Below, in pieces: positions 56,510-64,000 of a DNA stretch of 64,000 nucleotides. This DNA comes from Crocinitomicaceae bacterium (GTDB taxonomy: Bacteria > Bacteroidota > Bacteroidia > Flavobacteriales_D > Crocinitomicaceae). Made by a program: the position numbers and the translations under genes. Location: positions 40,152-104,151 of the forward strand of contig JAURMC010000004.1 of NCBI GenBank assembly GCA_030830895.1. Reading direction: 5' to 3'. The stretch's first letter is position 1. The number at the start of each line of letters is the position of its first letter. The notes beneath the pieces are model-generated. The model did no database searches. It was not told the DNA's origin and saw nothing but the letters and a program-made list of their open reading frames with translations.

Positions 56510-57291
56510 TGGAAAAGGTATCATTTGTTTCTGCTCAACACGTTAAAATAGAGTTTGAAATGGCTTCCGTGCTACAGCGATGTTTGGCGTATGTAGTGGA
56601 TACGGTAATTATTTACATTTACCTGCTAATAGTGATGCTTGCCCTCCTAGATCGCGCTTTTATCTCTTTCAACAACATTGATGTTTTTATGGGCCTTTTT
56701 ATCTTGTTAGTAAACGCCCCTGTAGTGTTATATAAGCCATTAATGGAGTATTTTTTCAATGGGCAAACACTGGGGAGAATGTTGTTTGGTATACGAATGG
56801 TTCGTATAAACGGAGATCGCGTTACCATAAAAGATATATTTATTCGTTGGGTAATGCGAGGAGAGTTTTTTTGGATTTCCATGGTTTCTAATCCCGGATT
56901 TATTGGGTTAATCCCTTTTATTTCTGCAATTGATTTTATTGTGGCTTCCATATCTCCACTTCGTCAGCGCATCGGGGATATGATGGCTTCGGTTATTGCA
57001 ATTCGAACACGGCCAAATAGAACTTACACGTTGAAGGAGGTGCTTAGTAAGCAAACAGAAACCAATTATGTTCCTACTTATGAAAATTGCATCACATTTA
57101 CGGACGAGGATATGCTTTATCTCAAGAAGGTCATTGAGCAATATAAGAAATATAAAGAACCTGAAGTCAAGGACTTATTGAATCAAGTAACCATAAAAAC
57201 TCAAAAACGCCTCGAAATTAAAGACCCCATAAATAACCAACTATTATTTTTAGAAACTGTGCTTAAGGATTATGTTCAAATAACCCGATGA
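56509..57291 (+). CDS. RDD family membrane protein
   Basis: LQRCLAYVVDTVIIYIY..., GQTLGRMLFGIRMV and DMMASVIAIR. 1-nt overlap with radA (TAATG). Confidence 0.7.
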   Translation: MEKVSFVSAQHVKIEFEMASVLQRCLAYVVDTVIIYIYLLIVMLALLDRAFISFNNIDVFMGLFILLVNAPVVLYKPLMEYFFNGQTLGRMLFGIRMVRINGDRVTIKDIFIRWVMRGEFFWISMVSNPGFIGLIPFISAIDFIVASISPLRQRIGDMMASVIAIRTRPNRTYTLKEVLSKQTETNYVPTYENCITFTDEDMLYLKKVIEQYKKYKEPEVKDLLNQVTIKTQKRLEIKDPINNQLLFLETVLKDYVQITR

Positions 57292-57992
57292 AACTTGCTC
57301 AACTTTGTATTGTCCCAACTCCAATTGGGAATTTAGAAGACATTACGCTTCGTGCGATTCACGTGTTAAATGCTTGTGAGCTTATCATTGCTGAAGATAC
57401 CCGAGTTACTCGAAAACTTTTGAATCACCTTGGTATACAAAAAAAAGTAATTTCATTTCATACGAATAATGAACATGCTCAGTTGAATGAGATGATTAAA
57501 AAAATTCAGCAATCATCAATTGTTGCCTTGGTATCGGATGCCGGCACCCCTGGGATATCTGATCCTGGATTTTTATTGATTCGTGCATGCATAGAAGAGG
57601 GGATTACAATTGAATGTTTACCTGGACCAACTGCATTTGTACCTGCCCTTGTAGCTTCAGGGATCCCTTCGGATCGATTCTATTTTGAAGGGTTCTTACC
57701 CCACAAGAAAGGACGTCAATCACGCCTTCAATATCTTGCGGCATTGGATTGTACCGTGGTGCTTTATGAATCCCCATACCGCTTATTGAAAACCTTGGAG
57801 CAATTAGCAATACACGTAGGTGGAAACCGAAAGATTTGCGTTGCAAAAGAAATTTCAAAAATGTTTGAATTTCATTTTCGTGGGAGCGTACACCAGGCTC
57901 TTGAGTATTTTAACAATGTAGCCATCAAAGGAGAATTTGTTTTGATTTTATCGAAGGATGTGTTACCCGAAAACCCAATTGATAATGCTTAA
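57288..57992 (+). CDS. rsmI: 16S rRNA (cytidine1402-2'-O)-methyltransferase
   Basis: LCIVPTPIGNLEDITLRAI...IIAEDTR and SDAGTPGISDPG are canonical RsmI motifs. Confidence 0.93.
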   Translation: MKLAQLCIVPTPIGNLEDITLRAIHVLNACELIIAEDTRVTRKLLNHLGIQKKVISFHTNNEHAQLNEMIKKIQQSSIVALVSDAGTPGISDPGFLLIRACIEEGITIECLPGPTAFVPALVASGIPSDRFYFEGFLPHKKGRQSRLQYLAALDCTVVLYESPYRLLKTLEQLAIHVGGNRKICVAKEISKMFEFHFRGSVHQALEYFNNVAIKGEFVLILSKDVLPENPIDNA

Positions 57993-58000
57993 TTTTACAT

Positions 58001-59119
58001 ATGTTTTTTAAGGATGTAGTTGGGCAAAAAGATCTAATTGCTCACTTGTTAGCTGAAGCAAAATCTGGGAAAGTTGCCCATGGGCAACTTTTTATAGGAA
58101 ATGAAGGGCACGGAACATTGGCGTTAGCAATTGCTTTTGGCCGTTATTTGCTCTGCGAAAATCCAGGTATTCATGATGCTTGTGGTCAATGCAGTTCCTG
58201 TCTTCAAGTAAGCGAATTACAACATCCAGATTTGCACATGGTTTTCCCTGTAATACAATCTATTAGTAAAATTTCTGAGAATTTATATCAGCAATGGCGC
58301 GAATTAGTTTTAGAATCTCCTTACTTCTCTCTTTTTGACTGGACCAAATTCATGGATGACAAAGAGCGAACACCCATTATTGGTAGCGAGGAAAGCAAAG
58401 AAATTGTGCGTAAAATAAGTCTGAAATCTTTTCAAGGGGGTTACAAGATTATGATCATCTTCGCGGCGGATCAGCTGAATGACCATGCGTCTAATAAAAT
58501 CTTAAAAATTTTGGAGGAGCCACCTCTTCAAACGGTGTTTATTTTACTCTCAAGCAATCCGCAATCAATTTTAACGACAATTCGTTCAAGAACACAATCT
58601 GTGCATGTAACACGCCTTCAAGCTTTTGAGATTTCAAAGTATCTTCAAAAACAATGTAATATGGAAGCCAATGTTGCCGATGGAGTCGCATCATTTGCAG
58701 ATGGGGATTTATGCGCTGCATTGACCGTCATGAAAGATGGTGAAAGTACTGCAATCTACCGGGAATTGTTTATCAAACTCATGCGAAGTAGTTACAAAAA
58801 AGATGTCTTAGAAATGATGAATTGGGCGGATGAGGTTTCAGGTTTAACCAAAGAAAGGCAGAAAATGTTTGTACTTTATGCCCTGCATATGCTTCGTCAG
58901 AGCCTTATGCTTAATTATCTAGGATCTGATCATGTGCGTTTAACCGCACCAGAGTTTGAATTTATATCGAAGTTTTCACCCTACATTACCGGAAACAATA
59001 TTCGATTGTATATTGAAGAACTTGATGCATCCTATTATCACATAGGGCGAAATGCTAACAGCAAAATACTTTTCACTCAAATGAGTTTTCAATCGATGAG
59101 GTTCATTCATCGAGCTTAA
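58001..59119 (+). CDS. holB: DNA polymerase III subunit delta'
   Basis: AHGQLFIGNEGHGTLALA, zinc module CGQCSSC, KILKILEEPP and SRTQ sensor motif. Confidence 0.85.
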   Translation: MFFKDVVGQKDLIAHLLAEAKSGKVAHGQLFIGNEGHGTLALAIAFGRYLLCENPGIHDACGQCSSCLQVSELQHPDLHMVFPVIQSISKISENLYQQWRELVLESPYFSLFDWTKFMDDKERTPIIGSEESKEIVRKISLKSFQGGYKIMIIFAADQLNDHASNKILKILEEPPLQTVFILLSSNPQSILTTIRSRTQSVHVTRLQAFEISKYLQKQCNMEANVADGVASFADGDLCAALTVMKDGESTAIYRELFIKLMRSSYKKDVLEMMNWADEVSGLTKERQKMFVLYALHMLRQSLMLNYLGSDHVRLTAPEFEFISKFSPYITGNNIRLYIEELDASYYHIGRNANSKILFTQMSFQSMRFIHRA

Positions 59120-59143
59120 TTGTTTATTTTTACAAAAAAAAAT

Positions 59144-60298
59144 ATGGGCTGCGCATCATGTGGAACAGGAGGAACCCCCAACGGGTGTAAGAATAACGGA
59201 CTGTGTAGCAGTGGGGGGTGTGATAAATTAGAAGTATACGATTGGCTAAGCAACGTTGCCCTTCCAGAAAATCAAAAACCGTATGAAATTGTTGAGGTAC
59301 GATTTAAAAATGCCCGAAAAGGATTTTACAGAAACATTTCTGGCATAGTTCTTCAAGCGGGGGATGTAGTTGTTGTTGAGGCCTCCTCGGGATACGACAT
59401 TGGGGTGATTTCTGTAGTTGGGGAATTAGCTAAAATTCAAGTAAAGCGAAAAGCCCCCACATTTAAGCATGCTGAGGCGCGCAAAATCTTGCATATCGCC
59501 ACACAAGAGGAAATTGACACATGGATTAAAGGTCGTTCCTTAGAAAAGGATATCATGTATAAATCCAGAACCCTAGCTATGAATCTGAACCTAGAAATGA
59601 AGATTTCTGATGTTGAATATCAGGCAGATTTATCCAAAGCAATATTTTATTATACAGCGGAAGGCCGGGTTGATTTTCGTCAACTTATTAAGGATATGGC
59701 CGATGCCTTTAAGGTCAGAATTGAAATGCGTCAAATTGGGGCGCGACAGGAATCTTCACGATTAGGGGGAATTGGATCTTGTGGAAGAGAGTTATGCTGC
59801 TCAACATGGTTGACAGACTTTCGATCTGTTTCAACAGCTGCCGCACGTTATCAGCAGCTTTCATTGAATCCACAAAAATTAGCAGGTCAATGTGGTAAAC
59901 TGAAGTGCTGTTTGAATTACGAATTAGATATGTATACCGAGGCATTGAAGGCCTTACCTAAATCGGACATAAAATTGAAAACTGAGAAAGGGGATGCTTA
60001 CCATGTTAAAACCGATGTATTTAAGCAACTTATGTGGTATGCCTATCCTGGTGAGGGTGCTTTGGTGGTGTTAACTCCAGATCATGTCCGTAAAGTTCAA
60101 CAGATGAATAAAAACGGAAATACTCCAAGAGATTTAAAGGAATTCGCATATGAAGTAGAAAAAGAAGTAGAGATTGGTTTCGATAATGTAGTTGGGCAAG
60201 ATAGCCTTAATCGTTTCGAGAATAAGCAAAAGAATCGTAAAAAAAAGAAGAAAAAACCAAAGAATTCAAATCAATCAGTATACAATGCAAAGGCTTAA
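59144..60298 (+). CDS. PSP1 domain protein (RicT/YaaT-like), Cys-rich N-terminus and Lys-rich C-terminus
   Basis: MGCASCGTGGTPNGCKNNGLCSSGGC. PSP1 core with ...GSCGRELCCSTWL...GQCGKLKCCLNYE. Tail KNRKKKKKKPKNS. Start placed at the ATG at 59144. Confidence 0.85.
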   Translation: MGCASCGTGGTPNGCKNNGLCSSGGCDKLEVYDWLSNVALPENQKPYEIVEVRFKNARKGFYRNISGIVLQAGDVVVVEASSGYDIGVISVVGELAKIQVKRKAPTFKHAEARKILHIATQEEIDTWIKGRSLEKDIMYKSRTLAMNLNLEMKISDVEYQADLSKAIFYYTAEGRVDFRQLIKDMADAFKVRIEMRQIGARQESSRLGGIGSCGRELCCSTWLTDFRSVSTAAARYQQLSLNPQKLAGQCGKLKCCLNYELDMYTEALKALPKSDIKLKTEKGDAYHVKTDVFKQLMWYAYPGEGALVVLTPDHVRKVQQMNKNGNTPRDLKEFAYEVEKEVEIGFDNVVGQDSLNRFENKQKNRKKKKKKPKNSNQSVYNAKA

Positions 60299-60767
60299 CG
60301 TTAGATTTTTTTCTTTGATTGGGATTACAATGTGCTTACTGTACGCTTGTGGATCAGATGCCGTATTTAACAAATCTGTGGCGATTTCAAACCGCTCCTG
60401 GAAGGATAATTTTCGTCCTACGTTTAAAGTTCAAATCACAGATACCCTCAGCAATCATGATTTTATACTCACTATAAGAACAACAGTAGATTATGCTTAT
60501 TCAAATTTATGGTTGTACTTAACCATAAATGGCCCGATGGGAAAATCATCTCGTTTACCACTAGAAATAGTTACAGCAGACCCCACAGGGAAATGGACCG
60601 GTGATAAAAGTGGATCGTTGGTTTCTTTTTCTAAACTATTTATACATGATAAATTTCCGAAAAAAGGAACTTACACGTTGAGTTTTGAACAAGCAACAAC
60701 GCAGAAATCTTTACCCGAGGTTGTGGATGTCACTTTAGATGTGTATACCGTAGAAAACAAACAATAA
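60285..60767 (+). CDS. gldH: Gliding motility lipoprotein GldH
   Basis: Lipobox LLYACGSD. NRSWKDNFRPTFKVQITD...IRTTVDYAYSNLWLYL...ADPTGKWTGDKSG fits the GldH family. Overlaps the PSP1 stop by 14 nt. Confidence 0.8.
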   Translation: MQRLNVRFFSLIGITMCLLYACGSDAVFNKSVAISNRSWKDNFRPTFKVQITDTLSNHDFILTIRTTVDYAYSNLWLYLTINGPMGKSSRLPLEIVTADPTGKWTGDKSGSLVSFSKLFIHDKFPKKGTYTLSFEQATTQKSLPEVVDVTLDVYTVENKQ

Positions 60768-61177
60768 TGCGCTATCCGTGTTTAAATTTAGCACAACTAG
60801 AAGCACTTGAAAAAGATTTTGTAGCGTTTTTAATTGTGAATGGGGTTGAGGGTGAAACTTGGAAATTATTGAATGAAACGAATCCTTCAAAAGCCCAAGA
60901 TTTGGCTAATTTATTTAGCCAAGTGGTATGGAAAAAAGTGGTTAAAGAGACGATTTACGTTAAACGAGTCAGTGAATCCGAACGTGTTTTTGGTTTTTTA
61001 GGTGAAGAACAAGGTGTGTTGCTTATTGGTCAACAATCCTCTAATGGGAATATCTTTCATAAGGCTAACAAACAATGGGGACCTAATCGCGAAGCAGAGG
61101 TATTCGCCTTGCTTCAACAAGGGTTTGAGCGCTCAACAGAGGAGGAATTCAATGAAATATGGCAATTTTTAAAATAA
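60767..61177 (+). CDS. Conserved Bacteroidota hypothetical protein (possibly DUF6495 family)
   Basis: 136 aa. LEALEKDFVAFLIVNGVEGETWKLLNETNPSKAQDLANLFSQVVWKKV resembles that family as I recall it. 1-nt overlap with gldH. Confidence 0.5.
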   Translation: MRYPCLNLAQLEALEKDFVAFLIVNGVEGETWKLLNETNPSKAQDLANLFSQVVWKKVVKETIYVKRVSESERVFGFLGEEQGVLLIGQQSSNGNIFHKANKQWGPNREAEVFALLQQGFERSTEEEFNEIWQFLK

Positions 61178-61186
61178 AATAAAACA

Positions 61187-62032
61187 ATGAAAAAAATACT
61201 TTTTTTAAGCATGTTAAGCATTGTAATGTCTGATCTATTTGCACAAATAAACGCTCCAAAAGCAAGTCCAGCTTGCAAGCTAGAACAACGAGTAGGCTTA
61301 ACTGATATCAGCATTAGTTATTCGCGACCTGCAGTAAATGGACGAACAATCTTTGGTGGTTTAATTCCTTTTGATGCATATTGGAGGCTTGGTGCAAATG
61401 AAAATACTAAGTTCACAACAACAGATGTTTTATACTTTGGAAAGGATACATTGCCAATAGGGACCTATGCCCTTTATGCAATGCCAGGCAAATCAGAATG
61501 GAAATTGGCCTTTTATAAGGAGTTTAACAATTGGGGCATGCCACCTGTTTGGGATCAAACAAAAGTGGCACTTGAACTGCTGTCTCCAGTTATTAATAGA
61601 ATCGATCAAGTTGAAAATTTAACAATAGGTCTAGATCATTTGGAAAACAGTAGCGCAGACTTGTTGATTACTTGGGACCATATTGTGGTGAAGTTTCCTT
61701 TCACAATAAACACCAAAGACAAAGTATTGGCGTCTATTCAAAAAGTCATGAATGGTCCGAGCGCTAACGACTTTCATACTGCGGCTAAATTCTATTTGGA
61801 AGAAAAAATTAATAACAATCAGGCTTTAGAATGGGTAGAAAAGGCAATTATATTAAGGCCGGAAGCTTATTGGATGCTTCGGACAAAGTCGTTGATTCAA
61901 GCAGAATTAGGTCTGTATACGGATGCAATAAACACGGCTGAAAAGTGCATGAAATTGGCAGATTCCGATGGAGACAATTCTTATGTTAATCAATGTAAAA
62001 ATTCCATTGAGGCATGGAAAAAGCTAAAATAG
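61187..62032 (+). CDS. DUF2911 domain protein with C-terminal TPR-like region
   Basis: ASPACKLEQRVGLTDISISYSRPAVNGRTIFGGLIPFDAYWRLGANENTKF...GTYALYAMP is the DUF2911 signature. Confidence 0.8.
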   Translation: MKKILFLSMLSIVMSDLFAQINAPKASPACKLEQRVGLTDISISYSRPAVNGRTIFGGLIPFDAYWRLGANENTKFTTTDVLYFGKDTLPIGTYALYAMPGKSEWKLAFYKEFNNWGMPPVWDQTKVALELLSPVINRIDQVENLTIGLDHLENSSADLLITWDHIVVKFPFTINTKDKVLASIQKVMNGPSANDFHTAAKFYLEEKINNNQALEWVEKAIILRPEAYWMLRTKSLIQAELGLYTDAINTAEKCMKLADSDGDNSYVNQCKNSIEAWKKLK

Positions 62033-62035
62033 TAC

Positions 62036-62917
62036 ATGATTCGACTCAAAGAGTTTCTTTTATTACATTGCATAGTATTACTCTGGGGATTTACGGGTGT
62101 AATTGGTAAATTACTACATCAAGAATCCTTCATTATTGTCTGGTATCGGGTGTTAATCGCATCTCTCGGTTTAGTTGGATATTTATGGATCACAAAAACG
62201 AGTTTTATCCTCAATCGAGCCTATGTAATCCCAATAATTTTAGTAGGTTCTGTTGTGGCACTTCATTGGATTACCTTTTACTATGCAATTCAAATTTCCA
62301 CAGCCTCTTTAGGTATTTTATGCCTCGCAACTACTACTTTGCATGTGGTTTGGTTGGAACCAATTATTTTGAAAACAGCTTTTCAATGGAAAAAACTTTG
62401 GTTTAGCTTGATTGTGGTGGCGGGAATCGCATTTATTGCACGAGATTACAAAGGTAATGTATTATTAGCCACAGGTATTGGTTTACTGAGTGCCTTATTA
62501 GCGGGTATATTCTCGGTTTCGAATGCAAAATTGTCTCAGAGCATTCCGTCTCCAATATTATCTTTTTATGAATTGGCTACCGGGTGGGTGGGTATTTCAT
62601 TATACTTGCTAATCACCCGTTTTCCTTTGTCCAAATTCTATATTTCATGGAATGATTTATGGTGGCTTTTATTTCTTGGTTTAGTATGTACTTCCTTTGC
62701 TTTTATTGCTGCCATTAATTTAGTGAAGAAGTTAGGTGCTTACACGGTTTCATTAACTATTAATTTGGAACCCATTTATACGATGATACTTGCAGTAATT
62801 TTACTCAATGAACACAAAACTCTATCAATTGAGTTTTATGTGAGTGCGTTTTTAATTGTTTGCACCTTATTATTAAATGCATGGCTTAGTAGTACACCTA
62901 AAAAAATAATTACTTAA
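62036..62917 (+). CDS. DMT superfamily (EamA-like) transporter
   Basis: 293 aa with about 10 TM helices in two EamA-like repeats. Confidence 0.75.
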   Translation: MIRLKEFLLLHCIVLLWGFTGVIGKLLHQESFIIVWYRVLIASLGLVGYLWITKTSFILNRAYVIPIILVGSVVALHWITFYYAIQISTASLGILCLATTTLHVVWLEPIILKTAFQWKKLWFSLIVVAGIAFIARDYKGNVLLATGIGLLSALLAGIFSVSNAKLSQSIPSPILSFYELATGWVGISLYLLITRFPLSKFYISWNDLWWLLFLGLVCTSFAFIAAINLVKKLGAYTVSLTINLEPIYTMILAVILLNEHKTLSIEFYVSAFLIVCTLLLNAWLSSTPKKIIT

Positions 62918-62926
62918 TTTAGTTCT

Positions 62927-63337
62927 GTGTTAAATCGATTAATTTTTGGATTTTTAGCCCTAGTCATTTTTTTTGTGACTATTGGTGTACCTGTTTTTCA
63001 TCATGATTGTACAGAAACGAATTCCCATTATACCCAATGGTTTACCTTTAGTAGCGAACATTGTCAGAATGAATCTCTTGCTCCATGTTGTAAAATAGAA
63101 AAACCAGATTGTTGTTCAATCACCAGTTCCATTATTGCATTAAAAACAGACCAAGAACACGGTGCTTTTCTTCCAAAGTTAACACTTACTTTTTCGGCTC
63201 CTTTTATACCTTCTAATTCTTTTAAATTACCTTTTATTTCTATTGATAACAAAAAGGTTGTGGAGCGCTATTTTCCTCCTCCAAATGTACGATTTGGATT
63301 GTACTTACTTAAATTAATTCAGATTTTTAGGATATAG
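62927..63337 (+). CDS. Small Cys-rich membrane protein resembling the HYC_CC_PP family
   Basis: GTG start. N-terminal TM helix, then FHHDC, two CC pairs (APCCKIEKPDCCSI) and a C-proximal FPPPN. Immediately upstream of a TonB-dependent receptor. Confidence 0.5.
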   Translation: MLNRLIFGFLALVIFFVTIGVPVFHHDCTETNSHYTQWFTFSSEHCQNESLAPCCKIEKPDCCSITSSIIALKTDQEHGAFLPKLTLTFSAPFIPSNSFKLPFISIDNKKVVERYFPPPNVRFGLYLLKLIQIFRI

Positions 63338-63375
63338 ACATTCATAGTTTTTTGTTGAATGTTAAAATAAAAATC

Positions 63376-64000
63376 ATGAAATCAGGTATAATATTTTTTT
63401 TCCTTTTAGGAGTGTGTTGGTATAACATCACTCTGTCCCAGCTACACGGGTATGTTCGTGGAGTAAGCCTTTCTGATACGATGGCGCTGAATGGAGCAAA
63501 AGTAAAAGTGCTACGAGCAAAAAAAGCAACCTTTACCAATTCAGAAGGTAAATTTGAAATTTACTTGGGAAAGCAATTCCCCGACACCTTGGTTATTCTA
63601 AGTTCTGGATATTTACCCGATACTATTTTATTATCGGAAAAGGATCGGTTCGGTGCAATTACAGCAGTACTTTTTAGTGATAATCTTAAGCCCGAAGTGC
63701 TAGTTGAACGAAAAGCGGGGAATGGAACAATAAAAATTAGCATTGCTCAAATTGAACGAATAAGTAATGGTGAATTGAGGCGCGCAGCGTGCTGTAATTT
63801 ATCGGAATCCTTCGAAACCAACGCATCTGTAGATGTGAATGTAACCGATGCAGTTTCGGGTGCTAGGAAAATTCAGTTGTTGGGATTAGACGGAGTATAC
63901 ACTCAATTTCAATTGGAAAATGTCCCTTTTCTACGAGGGCTTGAAACGGCATTCGGCATGCAGTCTTTTTCTGGGATTTGGCTCGACGGCATACAAATTT
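63376..64000 (+). CDS. TonB-dependent receptor, 5' partial (runs off the window)
   Basis: Not in the ORF track because there is no stop. My own translation from the ATG at 63376 is open to 64000: MKSGIIFFFLLGVCWYN..., CarboxypepD_reg-like GYVRGVSLSDTMALNGAKVKV...NSEGKFEI, then plug start RRAACCNLSESFETNASVDVNVTDAVSGARKIQLLGLDGVYTQ. Confidence 0.85.
   Translation, partial: MKSGIIFFFLLGVCWYNITLSQLHGYVRGVSLSDTMALNGAKVKVLRAKKATFTNSEGKFEIYLGKQFPDTLVILSSGYLPDTILLSEKDRFGAITAVLFSDNLKPEVLVERKAGNGTIKISIAQIERISNGELRRAACCNLSESFETNASVDVNVTDAVSGARKIQLLGLDGVYTQFQLENVPFLRGLETAFGMQSFSGIWLDGIQI

Noticed and set aside
1-64000. Search for CRISPR arrays, transposases, integrases, phage genes, toxin-antitoxin pairs or known defence-system genes.
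   Set aside because: No spaced direct-repeat arrays were seen, and no ORF has recombinase, transposase or defence-associated motifs. The single tRNA is not flanked by an integrase or by direct repeats. The window reads as conserved core chromosome.

Overview
AT-rich, very gene-dense chromosomal segment (about 65 genes, short intergenic gaps, many 1-4 nt start/stop overlaps) from a member of the Bacteroidota. The phylum call rests on gldK/L/M/N, gldH and porP/sprF, a T9SS C-terminal sorting domain, several Bacteroidota-restricted DUF families, TAnnTTTG-type -7 promoter boxes and no obvious Shine-Dalgarno sequences. Most of the content is core housekeeping: gcvP, pyk, recF, pruA, coaE, etfAB, menA, radA, rsmI, holB, kbl, deoC and miaE. 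The rest is cell-envelope and T9SS genes. I found one tRNA (Pro-GGG, minus strand), one TPP riboswitch at the 5' edge and two clear intrinsic terminators. I found no rRNA, CRISPR array, transposase, integrase, phage gene or recognisable defence gene, so this does not look like an accessory island. I cannot point to a convincing, entirely new multi-gene system. The best second-look candidates are: (1) a TPP-riboswitch-led outer-membrane operon whose second gene fuses a TonB C-terminal domain to an outer-membrane beta-barrel; (2) a porP-gldKLMN type IX secretion core operon in which GldK, GldM and GldN all appear length-expanded, preceded by an arginase-fold protein with degenerate metal ligands and followed by a 1176-aa S8 protease/Asp-box-propeller/PKD cargo; (3) a deoC-ALDH pair followed by an ALDH paralogue that lacks the whole catalytic domain; (4) an FkbM methyltransferase/fatty-acid hydroxylase/DUF2141 mini-operon; (5) a Cys-rich small membrane protein paired with a TonB-dependent receptor at the 3' edge. 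All family assignments come from motif recognition by eye and no searches were run.
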